Below, one piece after another: positions 1-13,000 of a stretch of DNA of 64,000 nucleotides. The first letter of the stretch is position 1, and every line of letters starts with the position of its first letter. The DNA lies in contig OZ024752.1 of the NCBI GenBank assembly GCA_964016885.1, positions 6,138,001-6,202,000 of the forward strand. The letters are read 5' to 3'. The notes below the pieces were generated by a model. That model had not been told where the DNA came from, ran no database searches, and saw nothing but the letters and a program-made list of their open reading frames with translations. A program made the position numbers and the translations under genes. Source of the stretch: Eledone cirrhosa (lineage: Eukaryota).

Positions 1-651
1 TACACACACACATGTACACACACACGTGTGCACACACACATGTACACACACATGTACACACACATGTACACACACACATGTACACACACATGTACAGACA
101 CACATGTACACACACATGTACACACACACATGTACACACACATGTACACACACACATGTACACACACATGTACAGACACACGTACACACACACATGTACA
201 CACACACGTACACACACACATGTACACACACATGTACACACACACATGTACACACACATGTACACACACACATGTACACACACACATGTACACACACACG
301 TGTACACACACACGTGTACACACACATGTACACACACATGTACACACACATGTACACACACACATGTACACACACATGTACACACACACATGTACACACA
401 CACATGTACACACACATACATAGGGAGAATATGGAAGGGGAAATTGACGTTCGTATGCACACACCCATTAACACACACACACATTAACACACACCCATTA
501 ACACACACACATTAACACACACCCATTAACACACACACATTAACACACACATTAATACACACACATACATTAACACATTAACACACACACATACATTAAC
601 ACACACACACACATTAACACATTAACACACACACATTAACACACACACACA
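1..651. repeat. Compound (CA)n microsatellite with CATGTA/CGTA and CATTAA interruptions
   Basis: Directly visible; explains the His/Thr-rich ORFs at 12-515. Confidence 0.95.
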
Positions 652-959
652 CCAATATTATAGTTGGACTTCTGACGATCAACAGAATGTCTTACTCATG
701 AAATTAACGTGCAAGTGACTGAGCATTCTACAGACACGAGTACTCTTTAACGTAGTTCTCAGGGAGATTCAGCATTCTACAGACAAGAGTACTCTTTAAC
801 ATAGTTCTCAGGGAGATTCGGCATGACACAGACACGTGTACTCTTTAACGTAGTTTTAGGGAACAACGAGAAAAGAAAACTCAAACTTGGCCCCTAATAA
901 TATATATATATGTGTGTGTGTGTGTGTGTATATGTATATATGTGTGTGTGTGTGTGTGA

Positions 960-1300
960 GAGAAGATCCCGTTAAGGGTTGGACGGGTCCTATTCAGCAC
1001 AGCATCTCTCCACTTGTCACCGGCCTTCGTCATCTCCTCGGTGAGTTTCAACAATCTGAGGTCTGCTCTCACCACCCCCGCCCATATTTTACGTGGTCTA
1101 CCTCTACTGCGTCTTCCTTCTACTGGGATTCCTTGGCACTTCTTTACCCATCTGTCATCCTCCATGCGTATCACTTGTCCATACCACCTCAGCCTTCTCC
1201 CATGCACACCACAACTTATCCCGCTTGTACCCAGTTTCTTTCTCAACTCGTCTATGCTTGGTCGTGTGGACAACGTGTGAAGAATTCATTTCTTGTGTTT
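960..1300 (-). mobile_element. RTE-clade LINE, 3'-terminal fragment
   Basis: Minus-strand translation ...ELRKKLG...RRLRWYGQVIRMEDDRWVKK...VEGRRSRGRPRKIW...DL...KWR matches the hallmark RTE ORF C-terminus (RLRWxGHxxRM...GxRxRGRPxxxW). Confidence 0.85.
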
Positions 1301-1575
1301 AGGCAATCGCTATTGCATATATATATATATATATTGTATGCATCATACCTCGGTATTTTCACACAAAAGCTAGGGTGGAGAGAGATGTTTCTTGGCATAA
1401 CAAACAGAATTATAATAAAATATAGAATAAATAAATAAAATATTGTAGAAAATTAGAAGAAAGGTTTAAACGAGAGGCAAGCCGTATGTAAATGGTATTG
1501 AAAAGGTGAGATAGAAGATTGCGAGAACAAAAAACTTGTTAAACGATGTTTGTCTAGTTTCCATCATCAGCTGTT

Positions 1576-1589
1576 GTTCCCATAGCAAC
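1576..1589. promoter_or_regulatory. RFX X-box-like motif GTTCCCATAGCAAC
   Basis: Matches the 14-bp X-box consensus GTYNCY-AT-RGNAAC; motif match only. Confidence 0.3.
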
Positions 1590-2198
1590 AGAACAGCAAC
1601 GCCAGTAAAGGTTTAGTCAAAGTTTCACCCCCACCCCCACCCCAGTAGTTTAATAAGACAATATTTTACAGGTGTGTGTGTGTGTACATACATATATGTA
1701 CAGTGTGTGTGTGTGTATGTGTGTGTGTGTGTGTGTGTGTGTACATATATGTACAGTGTGTGTGTGTGTGTGTATATACATACATATATGTACAGTGTGT
1801 GTGTGTGTGTATATGTATGTATGTACAGTGTGTGTGTGTGTGTGTGTGTGTGTGTACATACATATATATATACAGTGTGTGTGTGTGTGTGTATTCCTCC
1901 GATACGTCAGTCACAATAACGTAAAGTTTTCCCGCCAAATAATAAACGAAACGCCGCCAACGTTTGACTGTCGGCGTGAACGGAAAACTTAATTGTAACG
2001 TGATTCAGTTTACGTCGGTTAGTAGGATGAGGGTGGGGTGTAGTAAGGTGTGGTGGGGTGAGGGTGGGGTGTGGTGGGTGAGGGTGGGTGAAGGTGAGGG
2101 TGTGGTGTGGTGAGGTGTGGTGTGGTGGGGGTGTAGTGTGGTGTGGTCGGCGGTTACGTTATTTCCACCTTGTAACAGTTCTCTTACACCTGAACGTA

Positions 2199-2210
2199 GC
2201 TGACGTCAGC
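2199..2210. promoter_or_regulatory. Full CRE site TGACGTCA within a 12-bp palindrome GCTGACGTCAGC
   Basis: Perfect CRE octamer in a locally CpG-rich unique stretch (1900-2290); motif match only. Confidence 0.3.
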
Positions 2211-2307
2211 CTAGACGGTTGCTAAGGCATTCATTCACCTTACCGTTAACGTGTACCCAACGACGTTGTTGTTGCTACTGCAGTTGTTATTACGGGACAT
2301 AAACACA

Positions 2308-2405
<98 letters not shown>

Positions 2406-2416
2406 TGTGTGTGTAA

Positions 2417-2447
<31 letters not shown>

Positions 2448-3462
2448 CGTGTGTGTCTGAGTATGTGTGTGTGTGAGTGTATGTGTGTGTGTGTCTGAGT
2501 ATGTGTGTGAGTGTGTGAGTGTAATACCAGTAAAGAGTCAGTGAAAATCAAGTAGTCCCCTTCTCGTCAGTGGGGAAGCTACCACAGTTAACCGAGGTTT
2601 CCCTTGTTTGGGGCCCAAAACAAAACAGAAATTTAAAACTCCCAGAATTCTATAAACGTTTGTCTAAGGACAGGAAGTGGTATTGATGGTGTCAGTGGAT
2701 CTAACAGAGCCGAATGGTTAGCAAGGCCGCTTTGGAACCAATAAATCCTAAGTTCGCTCTCCCAGTGATTGGGGAGAGTTGGGCAAATGCAATATACTAT
2801 AACGTCGTGTTGACCCCTTGTGTTGCAAACTACCCGAAAACCTCTTTGGATGGAATGTACCTGTAAATTAAAAGGCCAGTCTTGTCAGACAATGTGCCAA
2901 GCTGAATCTCCCGAAGAATTACAAGTAAGAGTACACATGCTTGTGGAATACCGAGTCATTTACTCATTCATTTTATGAGAAGGCTGTTTCGTTGACCGGA
3001 TAACTGGGACACTCATCCTCGAAAGCGGTGGAGATCCAAACCATTGGTTAGGCCATGATTTCGTATTTGGCTCAGTGTAGGGGGGGGGGGATCAATACAA
3101 GGTATTGTGATTACATATTGATAGGTGGGATGGAGTGTGGAGTAGACCCTCTATTGCTCCATGTGTGTGTATATATGTGTGTTTATATGTGTGTGTATGT
3201 GTGTATATGTGTGTGTATATATGTGTGTGTATATATGTGTGTGTGTATGTTTGTGCGTATATGTGTGTATGTGTGTGTATGTATGCGTGTGTGTGTATAT
3301 ATATGTGTATGTGTGTGTGTATGTGTGTGTATATGTGTGTGTATGTGTGTGTACATGTGTGTGTGTGTGCATATATGTGTGTGTGTGTATATGTGTGTAT
3401 ACGTGTGTGTACACACAAACCATACAGTCACCATAACCTTACATGCAAAGACTGGAATGTAG

Positions 3463-3498
<36 letters not shown>

Positions 3499-4215
3499 CC
3501 CCCCACACACACACACACATATATGTATGTGTGTGTGTGTGTCTGTCTATATGTGTGTGTCTACGTGTGTAAGTGTCTGTCTCTATATGTGTGTGTATGT
3601 GTGTGATATATTTACTTCCTCTAGTTTACCATCTGAAAGACAGAAAGGTGTTGAGTGACGAGATTGAAATAAAATAAGTTTCTATCCTTAATTTGTCCTG
3701 ACGACTATTTCGAATAGTTGCTACCTGATATAACGCTCAACACACACACACGTATGTATGTATGTATGTATGTATGTATGTATGTATGTATGTGTGTGTG
3801 TGTGTGGGTGTGTGTGTATGTGTATGTGTATGTGTGTGTGTGTGTGGGTGTGGGTGTGTCTGGGTGTGTGTGTATGTGTGTCTGGGTGTGTGTGTATATG
3901 TGTGTGTATGTGTATGTGTGTGTGTGTGTGTGCTTGTGTCATTCCAGTTAACATTGCTTTCTTTTTCTATAGCGTGAAATCCGACACGTGTTGTCGGAAA
4001 CGACTCTCTCTATGTCTGTCTGTGTGTCTGTGTTTGTGTGTGTGTGTGTGTGTGTGTCTCTAATGGTCTGTGTGTGTGCTTGTGTGTCTCTCTAATGGTC
4101 TGTGTGTGTATATATATATATGTATGTGTGTCTGTGTGTATATATATGTGTGTGTCTGTGTCTGTGTGTGCGTATACATGTGTGTGTATGTGTGTATGTG
4201 TGTGTATATATGTGG

Positions 4216-4292
<77 letters not shown>

Positions 4293-4644
4293 GGTGGTGA
4301 ATCTCGCTGGTTCGGTGGTGTGCTGGTGGTAGTTCTAATATTTCAAAGAACTGTCTTTATTTGGTGTGTTTACCGTTTATTAGCGGCACTAGGAAGGAGG
4401 AACAGTTACTGCGGCAACAGAAGTAGTAGCAACACTAACAGACCGAGTTCTTCAGAAGCAGCGAAACTTGTTGAAATTCTTTCGCTCTTACTGGAATCTT
4501 GAGCTGTTTGCTGTTGACTTTCGCTTTGCGATGTTTTGAAAATATAAATTGTTGCTGTTGTTGTTCGTAGTACACACCAATTTAGAATAGGTGCACCGGA
4601 GCCAGGAACAATGCTAACATTAACGCCAACTAGACAGCTCAAAG

Positions 4645-5772
4645 CAGGGCCGTGCAACAGGCGGCCCGCGGGCCACAATCTGGCCCACCAGACCAGTCAG
4701 AGTGGCCCGCGATGACCATCTTTAATGTTAACCTTGTAGACTTATTTAGAATTTTTTTCGCAACCATAATACTTCTGTTAGTTGACCTATACTAAAGGGC
4801 TTCACTGATAGGGTTATGTGTGTTATAGTTTCCCAGTTGACCTATACTAAAGGGCTTCACTGATAGGGTTATGTGTGTTATAGTTTCCCAGTTGACCTAT
4901 ACTAAAGGGCTTCACTGATAGGGTTATGTGTGTTATAGTTTCCCAGTTGACCTATACTAAAGGGCTTCACTGATAGGGTTATGTGTGTTATAGTTTCCCA
5001 GTTGACCTATACTAAAGGGCTTCACTGATAGGGTTATGTGTGTTATAACCTATACTAAAGGGCTTCACTGATAGGGTTATGTGTGTTATAGTTTCCCAGT
5101 TGACCTATACTAAAGGGCTTCACTGATAGGGTTATGTGTGTTATAGTTTCCCAGTTGACCTATACTAAAGGGCTTCACTGATAGGGTTATGTGTGTTATA
5201 ATTTCCCAGTTGACCTATACTAAAGGGCTTCACTGATAGAGTTATGTGTGTTATAGTTTCCCAGTTGACCTATACTAAAGGGCTTCACTGATAGAGTTAT
5301 GTGTGTTATAATTTCCCAGTTGACCTATACTAAAGGGCTTCACTGATAGGGTTATGTGTGTTATAGTTTCCCAGTTGACCTATACTAAAGGGCTTCACTG
5401 ATAGAGTTATGTGTGTTATAGTTTCCCAGTTGACCTATACTAAAGGGCTTCACTGATAGAGTTATGTGTGTTATAATTTCCCAGTTGACCTATACTAAAG
5501 GGCTTCACTGATAGGGTTATGTGTGTTATAATTTCCCAGTTGACCTATACTAAAGGGCTTCACTGATAGAGTTATGTGTGTTATAGTTTCCCAGTTGACC
5601 TATACTAAAGGGCTTCACTGATAGGGTTATGTGTGTTATAGTTTCCCAGTTCCATGTTATGGAAAGAAGTTGTGGTGAATCTTTAGAATAGTGCTTAATA
5701 AATATTAATGGCCCTAATAGTTGTTCCAATGTTCAAAAGTGGCCCGTCAATGGAATATGTTGCACAGCCCTG
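4645..5772. mobile_element. Non-autonomous hAT (Charlie/Buster-like) element containing an internal minisatellite
   Basis: 15-bp TIRs CAGGGCCGTGCAACA / TGTTGCACAGCCCTG (14/15 match); 8-bp flanks GCTCAAAG / GCCTAAAG (6/8, degenerate TSD); subterminal GGCCCG motifs at both ends. Confidence 0.8.
4780..5652. repeat. Minisatellite, 55-bp unit, ~16 copies
   Basis: Unit AGTTGACCTATACTAAAGGGCTTCACTGATAGGGTTATGTGTGTTATAGTTTCCC; one internally deleted copy near 5047. Confidence 0.95.
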
Positions 5773-5857
5773 GCCTAAAGAAATGGAAATACCCTAATGG
5801 AAATACCCAAAGCGGTGGAGAGGGTCGTATGGTGTTATAACCTGTCAAGCTGAAGAC

Positions 5858-6062
5858 GGTGGATTGACAGTTGAATCGGTAAAGTGTCGGACAACATACT
5901 TTGTGGCTTATAGTCTCATCCTTTTATCCCGCTACGGTTAGCTTTGCCTTTCATCCTCACCGGGGTCGATAAAATAAAGTACCAGTAATGCTCTGGGTCG
6001 ACTTAATTGAATTTCCCCTTCCCTCAAATTACTGACCTTGTGCTAAAAGTAAAGTCAATTAT
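5858..6062 (+). mobile_element. SINE family B, diverged copy
   Basis: Contains CTTTGCCTTTCATCCT...GGGGTCGATAAAATAAAGTACCAGT core shared with the copy at 59252. Confidence 0.75.
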
Positions 6063-6629
6063 TTGGACATCATGTATGTGGACTGTGTAGTGAAAGATGC
6101 AGGCTTAATCATTTTCTTGGTGTGGTCAGAGCAAGAACTGTCAAAAAGTAAGTTCGTCAACTTACTAAACTGTGAGTTGAAGTCATTTTATTTGAGAGAA
6201 TGGAGCAGATGGCAGGAAGAAGAGGGCAGACTTTATAGAGCTAGCCCTAGGGTGCAAAATACCCAGGTATACTTTATAGAGCTAGCTCTAGGGTGCAAAA
6301 TACCCAGGTACCGGCCCTAGTTATACTGTGACCTTAAGTGTGGTAAAGAATTGGGGACCAGAAAGGGCATCCATCCGCGAAAGGTTCCCTGAAAAAGGAC
6401 CCTGTGGATGAGCATGAATCCTGTTACTGTGGTCGCAAGGCTTACCCTTGCTTTAGCAGGGAACATGGCTTTAATACGCTTGTTGCTGTTGTTGCGGCCT
6501 TCTCGGCAAGTCCGTCGCCAGACTTTATAGCTCAGTAAGTGCCGTACTAAGAGTGAGAAATGAAATTTCGTTTCATTCTATTCCATTTATCGTTTTCGGT
6601 GCGCCCGGCCGACTGAACTCACTCGATAT

Positions 6630-6920
6630 GCAAATTAGGCTGCTCAGCCTGTGGTCTTGTGGTTCGATCCCGGCGGCGCGTTGTGTCCTTGAACAAGACA
6701 CTTTATTTCACTTTGCTCCAGTCCACTCAGCTGGCAAACATGAGTTGTGTCTGTAATTCGAAGGGCCAGCCTTGTTACATTCTGTATCATGCTGAATCTC
6801 CCTGAGAACTACGTTAATGATACGCATGTCTGTGGATTGCTCAGCCACTTGCACGTTAATTTCACGAGCAGGCTGTTCCGTTGATGGCACCAACTGGAAC
6901 CCTCGTCAGTGTAACCGGCA
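6630..6920 (+). mobile_element. SINE family A (tRNA head + CORE-like domain)
   Basis: B-box-like GGTTCGATCCC, CORE-like GTGTCCTTGAACAAGACACTTTATTTCAC and tail GAATCTCCCTGAGAACTACGTTAA...GCACGTTAATTTCACGAGCAGGCTG. Other copies/fragments at ~670-860(-), 2700-3040(+), 12020-12165(+), 12640-12890(+), 13070-13290(+), 26460-26600(-), 56035-56150(+), 57963-58085(+), 62340-62490(-). Confidence 0.85.
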
Positions 6921-6980
6921 AAGATCTGGTATGTATATGAAGGCGTACAGAGCGGCTTTGACTGGCACAGTGGCACTAAC

Positions 6981-8042
6981 CTCTAAAGTATACCAACCCC
7001 TCAACCTGGCCCTTCATCCCTCCATAGATCCCTCTAAAGTATACCAACCCCTCAACCCCGCCCTTCATACCTCCATAGATCCCTCTAAAGTATACCAACC
7101 CCTCAACCTGGCCCTTCATCCCTCCCTAGATCCCTCTAAAGTATACCAACCCCTCAACCTGGCCCTTCATACCTCCCTAGATCCCTCTAAAGTATACCAA
7201 CCCCTCAACCTGGCCCTTCATCCCTCCCTAGATCCCTCTAAAGTATACCAACCCCTCAACCTGGCCCTTCATCCCTCCATAGATCCCTCTAAAGTATACC
7301 AACCCCTCAACCCCGCCCTTCATCCCTCCCTAGATCCCTCTAAAGTATACCAACCCCTCAACCCCGCCCTTCATCCCTCCATAGATCCCTCTAAAGTATA
7401 CCAACCCCCCAACCTGGCCCTTCATACCTCCATAGATCCCTCTAAAGTATACCAACCCCTCAACCCCGCCCTTCATCCCTCCATAGATCCCTCTAAAGTA
7501 TACCAACCCCTCAACCCCGCCCTTCATCCCTCCCTAGATCCCTCTAAAGTATACCAACCCCTCAACCTGGCCCTTCATCCCTCCCTAGATCCCTCTAAAG
7601 TATACCAACCCCTCAACCTGGCCCTTCATCCCTCCATAGATCCCTCTAAAGTATACCAACCCCTCAACCCCGCCCTTCATCCCTCCATAGATCCCTCTAA
7701 AGTATACCAACCCCCCAACCTGGCCCTTCATACCTCCATAGATCCCTCTAAAGTATACCAACCCCTCAACCTGGCCCTTCATCCCTCCATAGATCCCTCT
7801 AAAGTATACCAACCCCTCAACCCCGCCCTTCATACCTCCATAGATCCCTCTAAAGTATACCAACCCCTCAACCTGGCCCTTCATCCCTCCATAGATCCCT
7901 CTAAAGTATACCAACCCCTCAACCCCGCCCTTCATACCTCCATAGATCCCTCTAAAGTATACCAACCCCTCAACCCCGCCCTTCATACCTCCCTAGATCC
8001 CTCTAAAGTATACCAACCCCTCAACCTCGCCCTTCATCCCTC
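6981..8042. repeat. Minisatellite, 51-bp unit, ~21 copies
   Basis: Unit GATCCCTCTAAAGTATACCAACCCCTCAACCTGGCCCTTCATCCCTCCATA with a few variant positions; 51 = 17 codons, which explains the 459-aa repeat ORF. Confidence 0.95.
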
Positions 8043-8084
8043 TATGTCTCTAATATTGCTATTCCTTTCATCTTTCTTCTACAG

Positions 8085-8758
8085 GTGTCCTCTACCACCT
8101 CCCGTACATCGGCACAGTTCTTTCCTTCCACTTCTGGCTGTTTGTATCGTCTCTGCTGTGTGGTTACACCAAATACAAGATTCGTCCTCCCACTGAGGAC
8201 GACGAGGATCAGCCCTTCTATGACGTCATTTGGAACGGTGAAACGATGTATGACAAAGAAGATGGCTACACGGGGGATACTGACGACGATAACGCTGATG
8301 GTAGCAATTATACCAATACTATTAGTACTATGACAAGTAACACTACTCCTAGTAGCACTACCACTGGCGTGACAGTTGTTGCTGCAGACGGCCCTAAACA
8401 TATACCTGAGATTCATATCGAAGGTACTTCGAAGACCAATATTAGAAAACCTACTACAACAATGATTCGACCAGGAAATGCTGCAACTTCTTCTAAGTCT
8501 GACATTTCTCGACGTAGTCTGGCCACCACCCTCATGTCTATACCCGCCTACTATCGCATCAAGACGCACTCTTGCCCTGAAATTGATTGTGAAATCGATG
8601 AGAGTGACACCAAGCAGGGTAAAAGACAACAGCTACTTCGATTACTGGGAGCCAATAAAACTTTCAGCACAGATTCAGATTCTGACACCATCTTTCCAGA
8701 AATTAATGACGATGACAAAAAGAAGAAACCTTTCATTAAAAGACATCATCTCTATTGA
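8085..8758 (+). CDS. Terminal coding exon of an unidentified membrane protein (last TM helix + ~190-aa tail)
   Basis: Strong acceptor TCCTTTCATCTTTCTTCTACAG|G at 8084/8085; the frame of ORF 8246-8758 is open back to the acceptor (phase 1): VLYHLPYIGTVLSFHFWLFVSSLLCGYTKYKIRPPTEDDEDQPFYDVIWNGETMYDKED...RHHLY*; non-repetitive, coding-like composition. Confidence 0.75.
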
Positions 8759-8764
8759 ATGGAC

Positions 8765-9900
8765 CTGGTTGTTGTTGTTGTTATTGTTGTTGTTGTAGTG
8801 GTGGTGGTGCTGGTGATGGTGGTGGTGGTGGTGGTGGTGTTGGTGGTGGTGTGGTTGTAGTGGTGTGGTGGTAGTGGTGGTGGTGGTGGTGGTGGTGGTG
8901 TTGGTGTTGGTGTTGGTGGTGTGGTGGTGGTAGTGGTGTTGGTGTTGGTGTTGGTGGTGTGGTTGTAGTGGTGTGGTGGTGGTGGTAGTGGTAGTGGTGG
9001 TGATGGTGGTGGTTGTAGTGGTGGTGGTGTTGGTGGTGTTGGTGTGGTTGTAGTGGTGGTGGTGTTGGTGTTGGTGGTGTGGTTGTAGTGGTGTGGTGGT
9101 GGTAGTGGTGGTGATGGTGGTGGTTGTAGTGGTGGTGGTGTTGGTGGTATTGGTGTGGTTGTAGTGGTGTGGTGGTGGTAGTGGTGGTGGTGGTAGTGGT
9201 GGTGGTAGTGGTGGTGGTAGTGGTGGTGATGGTGGTGTTGATGGTGTGGTTGTAGTGGTGTGGTGGTGGTAGTGGTGGTGTGGTGGTGGTGCTGGTGGTG
9301 GTGGTGTTGGTGGTGTTGATGGTGTGGTTGTAGTGGTGTGGTGGTGGTAGTGGTGGTGTGGTAGTGGTGCTGGTGGTGGTGGTGTTGGTGGTGTTGATGG
9401 TGTGGTTGTAGTGGTGTGGTGGTGGTAGTGGTGGTGTGGTGGTGGTTCTGGTGCTGGTGGTGGTAGGGGTGATGGTGGCGGTGCGGGTGGTGATGATGGT
9501 GGTGGTGGTGGTGGTGATAGGTGGTGATGGTGGTGGTGTGGTGGTGTGGTTGTGGTGGTGTGGTGGTGCTGGTGGTGATGGTGGTGGTGGTGATAGGTGG
9601 TGGTGTGGTTGTGGTGGTGGTGGTGGTGTGGTTGTGGTGGTGGTGGTGGTAGTGGTGGTGGTGTGGTTGTGGTGGTGTTGGTGGTGGTGGTAGTGGTGTG
9701 TAGTGGTGGTGGTGTGGTGGTGATGAGGTGTAGTGGTGGTAGTGTAGTGCTGGTAGTGTGGTGGTAGTGTAGTAGTGGTGGTGTGGTGCTGGTAGTGTAG
9801 TGGTGGTAGTGTAGTGGTGGTGTAGTGGTGGTGGTGGTGTAGTGGTGGTGTGGTGGTGTAGTGGTGTAGTGGTGAGGTAGTGGTGAGGTGGTGGTGTAGG
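8765..9900. repeat. (TGG)n/(GT)-rich low-complexity tract
   Basis: Directly visible; similar tracts at 10380-11030, 25703-25885, 34668-35047. Confidence 0.95.
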
Positions 9901-10012
9901 GTTTGATATTAAGGTGATGGGAGTTTGAAGTGATGGAGGTGGGGGAGCTATATAGCGTTCGGTTGTGGTTTGAAGTTTCAGACGTCGCTCCATGTATGGT
10001 CATGAGATACGC

Positions 10013-10063
<51 letters not shown>

Positions 10064-13000
10064 TATATCTGTGTGCGCATGTGTATGTGTGTATGTGTGT
10101 GTGTGTGTGCGTGTATCAGACGAAGTAAGTATGTGTGTGTATGCCTGTGTGTGTGTATGTGTATGTGTGTGTATGTGTATATGTGTGAATGCGTGTGTGT
10201 GTGTATGTGTGTGTATCAGACGAAGTATGTGTGTGTATGCATGTGTGTGAGTGTGTATATATGTGTATGTATATGGGTGTGTGTATATTATGTGTGCGTG
10301 TGTTTGTATTTATGGGTGTGTGTGTATCAGACGATGTACGCATAGTTCTCAGAATTGGCAGCAACTTACCAGAAATCATGGTAGTAGTGGTGGTGGTGGT
10401 AGTAGTGGTGGTCGTGGTGGTGTTGGTGGTAGTAGTGGTGGTGTTGGTGGTGGTGGTGTTGGTGGTGGTGGTGTTGGTGTTGGTGGTAGTATTGGTGTTG
10501 GTGGTAGTATTGGTGTTGGTGGTGGTGGTGGTGTTGGTGGTAGTATTGGTGTTGGTGGGGGAGGTGGTGGTGGAGGTTGTTGGTGGTGGTGGTGGTGTTG
10601 GTGGTAGTAGTGGTGGTGTTGGTGGTGGTGGTGGTGTTGGTGGTGGTGGTGGTGGTGTTGGTGGTAGTATTGGTGGTGGTGGTGGTGGTAGTAGTGGTGG
10701 TGGTGGTGGAGGTGGTGGTGTTGGTGGTAGTAGTGGTGGTGGTGGTGGAGGTGGTGGTGTTGGTGGTAGTAGTGGTGGTGGTGGTGGTGGTGTTGGGGGA
10801 GGTGGTGTTGGTGGAGGTGGCGGTGTTGGTGGTAGTAGTGGTGGTGGTGGTGGTAGTAGTGTTGGCGTTGGTGGTAGTGGTGGAGGTGGTGTTGGTGTTG
10901 GTGGTGTTGGTGGTGGTGGTGGTGTTGGGGTAGTAGTGGTGGTGTAGCGGTGGTGTTGGTGGTGGTGTTGGTGGTGTTGGTGGTGTTAGAGGTAGTGGTG
11001 GTGGTGGTGGTAGAAGTAGTGGTGGTTACACCACTACCACCACCACCTCTTCAACAACAACAACAACAACAAGGTATCTTTGGAGCTAGACCAGGAAATC
11101 AGGTGAAATAGCAACTATTTAGAGCAGCATCACCAGCAGAAGAAGCAGCAGCAGCAGTGGTGGTGGTGGTGCCATCAACACCACATCACAACAGGCACAT
11201 CACAACACAACACATCCCAACACATCACATCACCACTTCCCAATACATCCAACACAACACATCACAACACACACATCACAACACACATATCACCACAACA
11301 CATCACAACACACACATCACAACACACACATCACAACACAACACATCACCACAACACATCACAACACACATCACACAACACACATCACCACAACACATCA
11401 CCACAACACATCACAACACAACACATCACAACACACACATCACAACACACACATCACAACACAACACATCACCACAACACATCACAGCACATCACAACGC
11501 ACACATCACAACACCACACATCACCACAACACATCACATCACAACACAACACATCACAACACAACACATCACAACAGATCCCAACACAGACGCCCTCTTT
11601 TGGAAGTATTTTACATCAGCTACGGCTGTTAACTCACTCCTCGTTGTCCAACTGTTGTTTGGATCAGAAATGACATCCCATCCGTGCCAGTCACTTATGA
11701 CTCCTCTTATTCACTCTGGTTTCTTTCACTTCTTTGTCAATGCTCGTCCCTGAGAATCATGTGAGAGGGGGGGGGGGGGGGGTAAGGCATTAAAAAACCA
11801 GGCACCTCACCCAAATACCTGCAATAACGTGTAGACTCCCGCATGACATCTACAACATTCAATACGACATAAGAGTACCAGTCACATATCTGGGTCTCTT
11901 ATGTTTTATTTAGTTTAGGCCGCAGCAAGATTTGAATTTAGAACGGAAAATGCTGGAACAATTTCCGCAAAGCCCCATGTCCGATTGTTTAATAGTTCTG
12001 TCAATCCATCTCATTGAGTGAAGGCGGATGGCTTAGTGGTTAGTGCATTGGGTTTGCAATGGAAAGGTTGTGAGTTCAATTCTCAGACCTGGTGATGTGT
12101 TGTTTCCTTGAGCAAGACACTTTATTTCACATTGCTCCAGTTTACTCAGCTGTAGAAATGAGATGATAGGGACTGGGGTCCCTATCATTAAATTACCCAA
12201 GACACCTCTAACGAGATATACCTTGGAGGAGGCCTGCTGAACCTGCAGAGGTGTGAGCTGTCACACACACACACATACATAGGTGTGAGCTGTCACACAC
12301 ACACAGGTGTGAGCTGTCACACACACACACACTCCATCGCCGTAGGCTGTAGAATGAGGGACAAAGCTGCCATCGACAGAATTGGATCTCAGTGAGCAGA
12401 GAGTTTCGAAAAATTACGCAAAGCTTTTTGTCCTCAGCAACAACTAGATGGATATTTATTTGTGCTTCAAAGATCCCACTGTCAGGAATTTCGACTGGTA
12501 GACAGTATCAGCAATGAAAATACCAATGGAAACATTGTTTTCTTGGTCCGGTTTGATGAGTTCCACCTGGTAGGTGAATGAGGTCTGGGATATTGTTTAC
12601 CGATTCGATCGATCAAAGATCGAACCCCTTATCGCACGTTATGTAATGCTGATTCTCCCTGAGAATTTTCACTAAAGTTACACGTGTCTGTGTGGAATAC
12701 TCAGCCAATTATATTGTAATACAATACGTACCTGGGATCCACACAGTGGCACGTTAATTTTACCCGAGATTTATATTAAGGGTACATATAGCTGTGGAAT
12801 ACTCATCCACTTATATTTTATTTTAGCGACTCGGATGTCAGTTGTTGACATTATTGAATGTTCATCGTCGTAACCGACTGGAAACCATTCCACTCTGCCT
12901 GTGTTCATCGCTCATTGACTATAGAAAATATAGGAGCTCCCGAACATTCCATACCAACCATTAGGTCAAGGTTCGGGGTGTTGGTCACCATCGTCTCGGA

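Noticed and set aside
6817-8196. 459-aa ORF with 17-aa repeats (DPSKVYQPLNLALHPSI)
   Set aside because: Starts inside a SINE and is open only because the 51-bp minisatellite unit is a multiple of 3; it crosses the real acceptor in a different frame.
8085-8333. 82-aa ORF in frame 8085 and the antisense 195-aa ORF 8042-8629
   Set aside because: Shadow frames of the longer exon frame ending at 8758.
8675-10947. Pro/Thr/His-rich and Gly/Val-rich ORFs resembling extensins or glycine-rich proteins
   Set aside because: Open in several frames at once; simple (TGG)n tracts.
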